From: an uncultured bacterium
Lineage (GTDB): Bacteria > Patescibacteriota > Minisyncoccia > Phycocordibacterales > CAIZLB01
Reading direction: 5' to 3'
Length of the DNA stretch: 37,357 bases
Assembly (NCBI GenBank): GCA_903952785.1
Contig: CAJBHC010000076.1
Span: 1 to 37,357 of the forward strand
Shown here one piece after another: positions 24,825-32,562 of the stretch; the stretch's first letter is position 1; every line of letters starts with the position of its first letter. Under the pieces are notes generated by a model. It saw only the letters and a list, made by a program, of their open reading frames with translations, was not told the DNA's origin and ran no database searches. Both the position numbers and the translations under genes were made by a program.

Positions 24825-25376
24825 TTAATTTATTAATGCAAATCTCTTAACTGAGGCTTTTGGCCGACCATTCTCATCTAGTTCATTTTCTCCAAAAACC
24901 TTCATGCTTGTAAATTCTTCGTATTCCCTGACCCAAATTGGATTGTGCCCAAACTCTGGGGAGTCATACTGTCCTTCGTAAATAATGAACTTATTTTTTG
25001 GATTTTTAGGATCGCAGGCAATAGCCTTAATAATATAATAGTCTTTTGTTTTGAAATGTTGATATTTTTGTCCGATAGATACAGCAGACTCTTCATCATC
25101 CTCTTTTGATTCCTCGGTGGCTTGTGCAGTATGTGTTTCTTCGTCAAAATCATCCATATTTTTTATGTCAACCATTTTCTTTAGATAGTGCTTTTCTGGA
25201 ACACTGCCTTGCCCATCAGTTATTTTTTTGTATACAATAAAGAGGTCTTCAATGTTCCCAGACTCTCTGGCTATAAAATCTACTAGATATTCATTACCTT
25301 CTGATGTTGCATATCTTTGTCCAGCTTCAAAATGCATAACTTTTGATTCTTGATGGTGCGTAGTTGATTCAGTCAT
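24825..25376 (-). CDS. hypothetical protein with two DUF1653-like repeats
   Basis: GQKYQHFKTKDYYIIKAIACDPKNPKNKFIIYEGQYD ... IWVREYEEF resembles the DUF1653 pattern (Y-x-H-[YF]-K ... VVY ... WVRP..F). A weaker N-terminal copy is present (GQRYATSEGNEYLVDFIARES ... FIVYKKI). Confidence 0.5.
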   Translation of the reverse strand: MTESTTHHQESKVMHFEAGQRYATSEGNEYLVDFIARESGNIEDLFIVYKKITDGQGSVPEKHYLKKMVDIKNMDDFDEETHTAQATEESKEDDEESAVSIGQKYQHFKTKDYYIIKAIACDPKNPKNKFIIYEGQYDSPEFGHNPIWVREYEEFTSMKVFGENELDENGRPKASVKRFALIN

Positions 25377-25427
25377 GCTTTATATGATATTGTATTAAGG
25401 ACTATTGTGCAACAATAGGGAAGAGAT

Positions 25428-25501
25428 GGGCGATTAGCTCAGTTGGCTAGAGCGCAGACTTGACGTGTCTGAGGCCACAGGTTCGAGCCCTGTATCGCCC
25501 A
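25428..25501 (+). tRNA. tRNA-Val (anticodon GAC)
   Basis: Acceptor GGGCGAT/ATCGCCC, D arm GCTC-AGTTGGCTA-GAGC, anticodon stem CAGAC/GTCTG with loop TTGACGT, T arm ACAGG-TTCGAGC-CCTGT, discriminator A. Confidence 0.9.
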
Positions 25502-25508
25502 CAATAAT

Positions 25509-25537
25509 AAAAACACATGAATTATTCATGTGTTTTT
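25509..25537 (+). terminator. AT-rich hairpin plus T-run directly after tRNA-Val
   Basis: AAAAACACATGAA-tta-TTCATGTGTTTTT is a perfect 13-bp palindrome. Confidence 0.55.
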
Positions 25538-25547
25538 ATTATCAATG

Positions 25548-25678
25548 GGGCGATAGGAAGTGCTTTTAAGCACTTCCGGCAGGGCGAGAAAAGCTTTGCG
25601 ATGTTTTGAGAATCTGAAGGATTCGATAAAACCGCAAAGGTATACTGGTTCCGTAGGAACCGAGCCCTGTATCGCCCA
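25548..25678 (+). ncRNA. tRNA-Val-linked structured element whose outer stems reuse the tRNA-Val acceptor and T-stem sequences (function unknown)
   Basis: P1 GGGCGAT (25548..25554) / ATCGCCC (25671..25677). P2 GGAAGTGC-ttttaa-GCACTTCC. P3 CAGGGC (25580..25585) / GCCCTG (25664..25669). P4 is a 17-bp bulged hairpin at 25594..25639. P5 GGTTCC-gta-GGAACC. The 3' 18 nt exactly repeat 25484..25501. Confidence 0.5.
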
Positions 25679-25710
25679 AAAGCTTAAGTAAAACAAATCA
25701 TACTCACCAC

Positions 25711-26673
25711 CTATCTTTTGCTAAGGCTCATATATATGTCCTCCAGCGCTTTTACTGCATCTCCCACCGCTATGTTGTTTTGATGATATAAACCGTTTGT
25801 ACAGTCACCAGCAGCCCAAATACCGGGTGTTTTTGTCCGTTCTGTCATCGGGTCTACAATTATTTTATTATATTCATTTAGCTCTACAATATCCTTCACA
25901 AAAGAAGTTGCCGGGATCATTCCAATCTCTACAAAGATTCCATTTACTGCTAATTCTTTCTCCTCACCTGTTTCTGTATTTTTATATATCAAACCATTAA
26001 CGAATTGTTCGCCTTTAACCTCTATAACTTCAGCGGGTGTAATCAGACTAACATTTGGTTTTGCTAGGACTTTCTCAACTGTGACAGGGTCAGCTCTCCA
26101 GGTTTTGCTTCTGTTTATTATTGTCACACTTTTGCAATATGCGGAAAGTTGAGCGGCGGACTCAAGTGCAGCATTTCCACCACCTATAACTACAACATCA
26201 GTACCTCCAAATAGGGGGCCATCGCAGGACGCACAATATGTCAGACCTTTATGCTCAAATATATCTGCTCCTTTGGCGGGAAGTTTTCTATGTGCACTTC
26301 CTGTCGCTATTAAAACTGATTTAGAAATTACATCAACAGTTTCTTCTCCAGATGAACTTTTCATCTTTGAAACAAATAGGGGGTTTGCATCTGTATAATC
26401 TGCATGCTTTTTAACAGAGATAATTCTATTACTAGTTTTTATTTCAACCACATCTCCCGCATAAGCCCGCAAGTGATCTTCCAGTGATTTTGCTAAATCA
26501 GTACCAGAAATTTTTATAGTTCCAATCCAGTTTTCTATACCCTCTGACACAATACTTTGGCCAGCAAAATCCTCTGTCACCAAAAGAGTTTGTATTTTTT
26601 TACGAGAAGCATAAACACCCGCCGCAACCCCAGCGGGGCCACCACCAATGATTAGAAGATCATATGTTTTCAT
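25711..26673 (-). CDS. trxB: thioredoxin-disulfide reductase
   Basis: GGGPAG FAD motif, redox CASCDG, GGGNAALE NADPH motif, and a C-terminal GDC...Q region. Confidence 0.88.
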   Translation of the reverse strand: MKTYDLLIIGGGPAGVAAGVYASRKKIQTLLVTEDFAGQSIVSEGIENWIGTIKISGTDLAKSLEDHLRAYAGDVVEIKTSNRIISVKKHADYTDANPLFVSKMKSSSGEETVDVISKSVLIATGSAHRKLPAKGADIFEHKGLTYCASCDGPLFGGTDVVVIGGGNAALESAAQLSAYCKSVTIINRSKTWRADPVTVEKVLAKPNVSLITPAEVIEVKGEQFVNGLIYKNTETGEEKELAVNGIFVEIGMIPATSFVKDIVELNEYNKIIVDPMTERTKTPGIWAAGDCTNGLYHQNNIAVGDAVKALEDIYMSLSKR

Positions 26674-26746
26674 AGAATTATTATATCAAATTTATACAGA
26701 GCCTCGGTATTTACAAAAGTCTAAAGTGGTGTAGAGTGGGCGTCAG

Positions 26747-27061
26747 ATGAAAACTTACTTTGATGCGCCCGCCGCAGATCCCAAAGAAAGAAAGGCCGCT
26801 TTATCAGCATTGAGACGTTGTGGATTTGATGTTGCACCCCAGGGAGTTCCTCTAAACGCAACATTTTACTACTACGCTACACTCGATGGTGTTAATGCCG
26901 AGCATGCTGGCTCAGCAGACCTTTTGGAACTTGGTTTAACAATTATCACGGTTGGTGAGTTCGATGATTTTCTTTCTCGGCATATCAGCCCAAGCGACCC
27001 TGTCAGTATTGATAGTCGGAGCGGGCGCATCGTATCGCCAGCTCGTCAGTTCAAAAAATAG
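26747..27061 (+). CDS. hypothetical small protein (G+C-rich ORFan, no signal peptide)
   Basis: This is the only ORF in a locally G+C-rich segment. It is preceded by TTTACA-16 nt-TAGAGT ending 9 nt before the ATG and followed by a hairpin terminator. Confidence 0.45.
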   Translation: MKTYFDAPAADPKERKAALSALRRCGFDVAPQGVPLNATFYYYATLDGVNAEHAGSADLLELGLTIITVGEFDDFLSRHISPSDPVSIDSRSGRIVSPARQFKK

Positions 27062-27107
27062 GTTGCGTTCCTAGTGAACGTAGTCCTCCAAATATTTTAT
27101 CCCCAAC

Positions 27108-27140
27108 CAAGAAACCCCTTCGTTGGGGCTTCTTGTTTCC
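27108..27140 (+). terminator. hairpin terminator after the 26747..27061 ORF
   Basis: CAAGAAACCCC-ttcgtt-GGGGCTTCTTG followed by TTTCC. Confidence 0.5.
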
Positions 27141-27152
27141 TTGGTTTATTCA

Positions 27153-27734
27153 TTAGTTATTTCTTAAATCTCCAACTATGACATGCCAAACTGTCCCATT
27201 CGAAGCTTTATAGGTTCCAGTATCGGTATAGATGCTGTGAACTGCGAGCGACTTCTTGTTTTTGTCTGCTATTTCTCCTACAAAAATATCAAAACCTTGG
27301 TCTTTGCACATTGATTTAGATGATGAATATAATCGAGTAAAGATAGAACTGCCCCTGAATTCTTTTCCTATGCATACTTGTGCAAATACAATGTATTTAT
27401 ATTCCGATATGTATTTTTCATCAAATTTCATTTTTTCGGCACAAGATTACATCTCGCTAAAGAAAGGGCTTCTTAAACCCAAGTTTTTAGTCATTGTAAT
27501 TAAGTATCCTGTTAACTTTTCGCCAGCCATACTCAAAAATATTCCTGAAATATCTATAATTTCTGCTAATTCTGATTCCGAGGGGTTCCAGACGATAAAA
27601 CCATCGTCCCTTTCCTCTTCAGTTAAATTTTCGCCAAGATTTTCCTGAACAAGTTTTAAAATTAGTGGGATATCAGGCATTTCCGCCTTCCTAATCGTAG
27701 TTTTTTCAGGATTGATGGTTTCAAAATTATTCAT
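27153..27734 (-). pseudogene. GNAT-family N-acetyltransferase interrupted by one in-frame TAA
   Basis: ORFs 27447..27734 and 27153..27431 are in the same frame, separated only by a TAA (27449..27447) and five sense codons. The C-terminal half carries the acetyl-CoA motif-A-like QVCIGKEFRGSSIFTRLY. Confidence 0.6.
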
Positions 27735-27816
27735 TCACTAATTCTACCAAATTTACATATTTTTTTCTTGGCCAAAATCTGCTGATTTCGACACGATTTG
27801 CACGCTTGCAAATTGC

Positions 27817-29124
27817 TTACTTCTTCGCTCTTCTTAGGAACGCTGGGATTGAGTTCCATTCATCATCGTCATCTTGAACGCCTTGAAGAGGAGCGTTTGG
27901 ATTCTCTTCTTCTTTTGTTTCTTCAATTGTCTTTGGTGTGCTGTGTGCGGTGTTTGTTGAAGGGGTATGAATTGTATTATGAATCTTGCCTTTATTGTCA
28001 TCATTCTTTGATTGAACTTGAACCTCAACATTTTGTGGAGCTGTATTTATCTCTACACTTGACGATGTTGGCTTATCAGATCGCTCTATTGTTTCTTTTG
28101 TTCCAAATACTGGAGTTGATTGTCTTGATGACATACTGTCAAAAATAGTTTTTCTTATTGCGCTATTATCAGGGAAGTTTGCTGCGATAACTGTAATCTT
28201 CAATTCATTCTTCTTTAGTCTCTCATCCTTTACAGTTCCAAAGATAATCTTTGCATCAGGATCTACTGAGTCTGTGATGAGTTTTGCAGCTTCTTGAATT
28301 TCCCACATAGTTAAATCATCATTTCCTGCGATAGAAAATAGTACCCCCTTTGCCCCGTGAATTGAGACATCAAGAAGGGGAGAGCTGATTGCAGCACGAG
28401 CTGCCTCTTCCGCTCTTTTCTCACCAGAGGCTGATCCTATTCCCATTAGCGCTGGACCTGCATTCTCAAGAACAGCTCTGATGTCTGCAAAGTCAATGTT
28501 TCCAACTGTTCCAGGAGTTGTGATAAGTTCTGAAATTCCTTCAACTGCTTGCTTTAGAACTTCATCACACATTGCAAATGCATTCTTTGCTGTTGTATCT
28601 TTTGTGACGGCGGCAAGGAGCTTGTCATTTGGAATTACAACCAGTGCATCAACTGCTTTACTTAATTCCTCAAGCGCGTGTTCCGCAAGACGCATACGTT
28701 GTTGTCCTTCAAATGAAAATGGTTTTGTAACAACTCCAACAGTGAGAGCTCCCATTTCTTTAGAAATCTTTGCTACAATTGGCGACGCACCTGAACCTGT
28801 TCCACCACCCAGTCCTCCAGCAACAAAAACCATGTCAGAATTTTTAAGAGCTTCTTGAATTTCTTCTTTTGTTTCCTCCGCAGCTTGACGTCCAACTTCT
28901 GGATTCATTCCGGCGCCTAATCCTTTAGTAAGATTTTTACCGATGTGAATTTTTCTCTTTGCCATTGAGTGATGTAGATCTTGCGCGTCAGTATTTATCG
29001 CAAGAAAATCAACACCTTTAACTTTATTGTTGATCATGTGATTGATTGCATTTTTTCCTGACCCTCCAACACCCACAACTTTTATTCTTGCAAATGTCTC
29101 TACGTCTGTTTTTACCTGTGGCAT
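27817..29124 (-). CDS. ftsZ: cell division protein FtsZ with long disordered linker
   Basis: GVGGSGKNAINHM, the tubulin signature GGGTGSGASPIVAKISKE, and a conserved C-terminal peptide DDEWNSIPAFLRRAKK. Confidence 0.93.
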   Translation of the reverse strand: MPQVKTDVETFARIKVVGVGGSGKNAINHMINNKVKGVDFLAINTDAQDLHHSMAKRKIHIGKNLTKGLGAGMNPEVGRQAAEETKEEIQEALKNSDMVFVAGGLGGGTGSGASPIVAKISKEMGALTVGVVTKPFSFEGQQRMRLAEHALEELSKAVDALVVIPNDKLLAAVTKDTTAKNAFAMCDEVLKQAVEGISELITTPGTVGNIDFADIRAVLENAGPALMGIGSASGEKRAEEAARAAISSPLLDVSIHGAKGVLFSIAGNDDLTMWEIQEAAKLITDSVDPDAKIIFGTVKDERLKKNELKITVIAANFPDNSAIRKTIFDSMSSRQSTPVFGTKETIERSDKPTSSSVEINTAPQNVEVQVQSKNDDNKGKIHNTIHTPSTNTAHSTPKTIEETKEEENPNAPLQGVQDDDDEWNSIPAFLRRAKK

Positions 29125-29381
29125 ATTATTTCTGTTATTGGATTTATGATTAACGTTTACTTGGGCTTTATACTACCATTTACGGAAAATCAAGGCAATA
29201 TTGACTTTTGTTGTTCTAGAGTTGGGCGTGCCCATAATCTGATTGACATCACGGATGTTGTATGTCATATTATTAGAGGAGGAGTCGCCGAATTCTCTGC
29301 TAAGTAAAAGGACGTTTGTTACATTGGATACCTCGGTAGGTATTTGATTGACGTCTGGGCTAGTGCCACGTTGTTAATTCA

Positions 29382-29615
29382 ATGAAAGAACTTAGATCTA
29401 TAGGTGAAAATCATATGCCGCCAAAAGGGCTTAAAATTGAAATTGGAAGAGACGGTGTCAGGCTGGAAACAACCATTTCCTATCCTGGTTGGGGCCAACT
29501 CATGTGGCTGGCGGTTGCTACCGCCGGTCTCGCGGTCACCGCAGTACTCATGCTTGGCGAAAAACATGTTGTCGGGCAGGCGGAAACGAAGGACAGTCTT
29601 GATCCGGAGGAATAG
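29382..29615 (+). CDS. hypothetical small single-TM protein (G+C-rich, antisense to the ftsA-ftsZ direction)
   Basis: 77-aa ORF with a TM helix LMWLAVATAGLAVTAVLML. Two other overlapping ORFs exist in this G+C-rich stretch, so the frame choice is tentative. Confidence 0.35.
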   Translation: MKELRSIGENHMPPKGLKIEIGRDGVRLETTISYPGWGQLMWLAVATAGLAVTAVLMLGEKHVVGQAETKDSLDPEE

Positions 29616-29695
29616 TTCGTCGCACACCGTCTAAATAGAAAGTAATTGACTACTGGTAAATATAGTCAATCACTCACAAACAAAATCAACAAACC

Positions 29696-29731
29696 AAAAA
29701 CCGGCCTCCTGTACCAGCAGGGGCCGTTTTC
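29696..29731. terminator. bidirectional hairpin terminator in the ftsA-ftsZ spacer
   Basis: AAAAA, then CGGCC(T)CCTG-taccag-CAGGGGCCG, then TTTT. Confidence 0.6.
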
Positions 29732-29740
29732 TTATTAACC

Positions 29741-29768
29741 AAAAGAGAGCCACGCCGGAGGGCGGGGC
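29741..29768 (-). terminator. hairpin terminator immediately after the ftsA stop
   Basis: The minus strand reads GCCCCGCC-ctcc-GGCGTGGC followed by TCTCTTTTGG. Confidence 0.5.
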
Positions 29769-29770
29769 CA

Positions 29771-31036
29771 CTAAGGCAAAAACTGCTTCACCCATCCACC
29801 AATCAATTTCTTGAGCTTCTTAAATGCTCCCACCGCGCTTAGCCCATCCAAATTAATTCCGCTTCTATCATCTGGTGATGAGAAAGCTAAAATGGTTAGC
29901 CCGTATGCAACTGACCATTCAAATTCTCTGGCGATGCCCTTGAGGTTTCCTTCCAATTTTAATGTATGACGCTTTGATGGGAGGCGAAGTGCTTCTCGTG
30001 CTAATTCTTCAATATTCAAAAGTCCACTTCCTCCACCGGTTAAAATTATTCCAGCTGGCAATAGGCCGTTTCTATCAATCTTTTTTAAATGACCTTCAAT
30101 TAAATCAAAAATATCAGAAAGTCTGGCAATAATTATTTCATCCAATTTCTTTCTTGAAAATGTTGGAAGGGAAGAGTTTGATGATGAGTGTTGAGTATCA
30201 CCAGAGACTGACATTTTAATTTGATCCGCTTCCTCAATTGAAACCTTAAGACCTAGTGCAATATCATTTGTTATATCATTTGAACCAACTGGGAAAACTT
30301 CCATTGATACTGGAATATTATTTTCATAAACAATTATAGAACTAGTTTCTGATCCGATATTTAAAAGAATACATCCTGCAATTTTTTGAGTCTTTGTTAA
30401 GGAAACCAAACTTGCTGCAATCGGTGCAGCAACAATGTCTCGCATTTCAACGTTAGCATCATCGAAGGCGTTTAATAGATCAGTAAAGTGATGGGCGAGA
30501 CAAGTAATATAAAGAACCCTTGCTTCCAACTTCACACCCTTCAGTCCTTGAGGACGACCGAGAACTTTTCTTCCATCAACTTTATACTCAAGTGGAATTG
30601 AGTGAATTATTTTTCTATTTAAAATGTAAGTGCTGGGTAGTTCTTTTTCACTTTCTTCTATCGCACGCTTTACATCCAAATCAGTAATTTCAGAATCTGC
30701 CTTTGTGGTAACAACAGATCCAACTGCCACAATCGCTCCAAGTCCAACTCCTCCAATTGAAACATAAGCTTTCTTGATTGGGATACCAGAATTTTTCTCT
30801 GCGATGTTAACGGCGACTCTTATGCACTTGGATAACTCTGTTACATTTGTAACGTACCCATGTCTCATTCCTTTTGTCTCAACTGTAGCGGAGGCGATAA
30901 TTCTAGGTAGCGCACCAACACCTCTAGAGGAGTCCTTTTCCGATTGAAATGGAACAGGCTCAAGCTCTGTCACCAAAACTTTAATTTGATGAGTACCAAC
31001 ATCTATTCCAACTGCAAGATTGCGACCTTTTGCCAT
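29771..31036 (-). CDS. ftsA: cell division protein FtsA
   Basis: Actin-fold motifs (LAVGIDVGTHQIKVLV, LNIGSETSSIIVY, ILTGGGSGL) and a C-terminal amphipathic helix GAFKKLKKLIGGWVKQFL. Confidence 0.9.
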   Translation of the reverse strand: MAKGRNLAVGIDVGTHQIKVLVTELEPVPFQSEKDSSRGVGALPRIIASATVETKGMRHGYVTNVTELSKCIRVAVNIAEKNSGIPIKKAYVSIGGVGLGAIVAVGSVVTTKADSEITDLDVKRAIEESEKELPSTYILNRKIIHSIPLEYKVDGRKVLGRPQGLKGVKLEARVLYITCLAHHFTDLLNAFDDANVEMRDIVAAPIAASLVSLTKTQKIAGCILLNIGSETSSIIVYENNIPVSMEVFPVGSNDITNDIALGLKVSIEEADQIKMSVSGDTQHSSSNSSLPTFSRKKLDEIIIARLSDIFDLIEGHLKKIDRNGLLPAGIILTGGGSGLLNIEELAREALRLPSKRHTLKLEGNLKGIAREFEWSVAYGLTILAFSSPDDRSGINLDGLSAVGAFKKLKKLIGGWVKQFLP

Positions 31037-31166
31037 ATATGAGTTTATTATACACTAAAAATCATATAGTAAAATAGGCATTTTGTGTCAATTGTGTGTA
31101 TAAAGTTGGAAAAATGGTCTGAAAGTGTTTTTTAGTTTTATTTTTATGTTAAATCAAAGAATTAAT

Positions 31167-31976
31167 TTACTTATTTCCAAACCATTTTTCCTTCATATTA
31201 TCAAATTGATCTGCTGTAAAAGAGTCATTGTACATATGTACATCATCGTTACCGTATGTTTCCGGTGGTCTCAAAAGGTATAGTCTTCTATTTTGAGTAT
31301 CAAATAAAATGGCGTCTCCGCATATACTTTTTGGGCCAATAATTGTTGGTTTAAAACCAAAAACTTCTTCAGTCACAGCGTTTAATGATTCTATGGATTG
31401 TTCATATTCTGTTTCAAATTTATGAATATGTTGTTCGTGATACTTTCTTCTATCTTCTCCCCAGCCTTCATTGAATTGATCTTCATTCTTAAGCATCCCC
31501 CCAGTAATTACAACATCTACAGACCCTTCAATACAAAGACCCTTCAATTCTCTCATTCTTTCTCTTAATGCATCTTTAAATTCTTCTGTCGGGCAGATTT
31601 TAGGTGTTTGGTGTGTTAAAAAAGAAAGATCAACGGGTTCATCTTTACTTTTACCGACAACTACAGCGCTAGTGCAGTTCATCATTTCCTTGGTGTGCTT
31701 AGTCTTTCTATCTATCTTGGAAATGTATCCGCCACCGTTAGGAACCAAATTCTCTGGGTTGTCGCTTATGTCCGTTTCACCACCTCCTATCTCTCCAGTC
31801 TTAATCTTGGTTTCTACAAGTTTATTCATGTTGCAACAGTATATGTCCTCGGATCCGGCACAAACAACTATAGGGTTGAAACCTTCTTTTAAATGTCCAG
31901 CTTCTGTGTGGTTTTCTAATTTTATTTCATCATCGCTGTCTGGATTTATATCAGGTATTGATTGCTCTGTTTTCAT
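31167..31976 (-). CDS. hypothetical protein (faint CheD-like deamidase pattern, unverified)
   Basis: 269-aa ORF. MMNCTSAVVVGKS...LSFLTHQTP, VDVVITGGM and GDAILFDTQNRRLYL loosely resemble CheD blocks (GSCVAV...H..LP, FGGA, GR.V.FD...G.v.v). Confidence 0.5.
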   Translation of the reverse strand: MKTEQSIPDINPDSDDEIKLENHTEAGHLKEGFNPIVVCAGSEDIYCCNMNKLVETKIKTGEIGGGETDISDNPENLVPNGGGYISKIDRKTKHTKEMMNCTSAVVVGKSKDEPVDLSFLTHQTPKICPTEEFKDALRERMRELKGLCIEGSVDVVITGGMLKNEDQFNEGWGEDRRKYHEQHIHKFETEYEQSIESLNAVTEEVFGFKPTIIGPKSICGDAILFDTQNRRLYLLRPPETYGNDDVHMYNDSFTADQFDNMKEKWFGNK

Positions 31977-32075
31977 ATTTATAATTATAACTTAGAAAAT
32001 TAGATTTTAGAATCTTCTGTGTAATTATTGTCGATATTTTTATTTATAACGGTAAATTTTAAATGAATCTTATTC

Positions 32076-32495
32076 CTATATCCCAAACAATTTCCTGACT
32101 TTAACCTCCTTTTTCTCCATTGTATCTCCATGATCATGTCCCTTTAGGTGAAATAGTCCGTGAATAAATAAAAACATTAAATAGTTTTTGGGAGTCCTTT
32201 CAAAGTCTTTTGATTTTTGAGTAGCCTTATCAATATTTATAAATATTTCCCCCATCTGACTTTTTTCTTTTAAATCATCTAGTGGAAAACTTAGTATGTC
32301 CGTTGTATAATCCTTTCCTCTGTGAACTCTATTTAAATCTCTCATCCTTTTTTTGCCGATGAAAGTCAGGCTAAGTTCATAGTTCTGACCCATGACTTTA
32401 TTTTTTATATTATCAAAAAGCACCCAGTCAAATTTGGGTGTCTTTTTGAGAGTTGAGGCAATCATGAAATTATCTTTATCGAAAACAATTTTCAT
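32076..32495 (-). CDS. ybeY: rRNA maturation endoribonuclease YbeY
   Basis: HGLFHLKGHDHGD zinc motif (HxxxHxxGxxH) in a protein of 139 aa. Confidence 0.88.
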   Translation of the reverse strand: MKIVFDKDNFMIASTLKKTPKFDWVLFDNIKNKVMGQNYELSLTFIGKKRMRDLNRVHRGKDYTTDILSFPLDDLKEKSQMGEIFINIDKATQKSKDFERTPKNYLMFLFIHGLFHLKGHDHGDTMEKKEVKVRKLFGI

Positions 32496-32562
32496 GTCAT
32501 TTGGTGGGGTAGTGTGGGGTAAAATTAGAGTTTTAAGCTTCCACTAATCAGCCCCAATTAGA

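Noticed and set aside
27447-27449. In-frame TAA as evidence for an alternative genetic code.
   Set aside because: TAA terminates many well-supported genes in the window (for example valS and 308..811). TGA and TAG also appear as normal stops. The standard bacterial code fits all long ORFs.
27798-28858. ORFs antisense to or nested within ftsZ (116, 65 and 125 aa).
   Set aside because: These are shadow ORFs inside a confidently identified gene.
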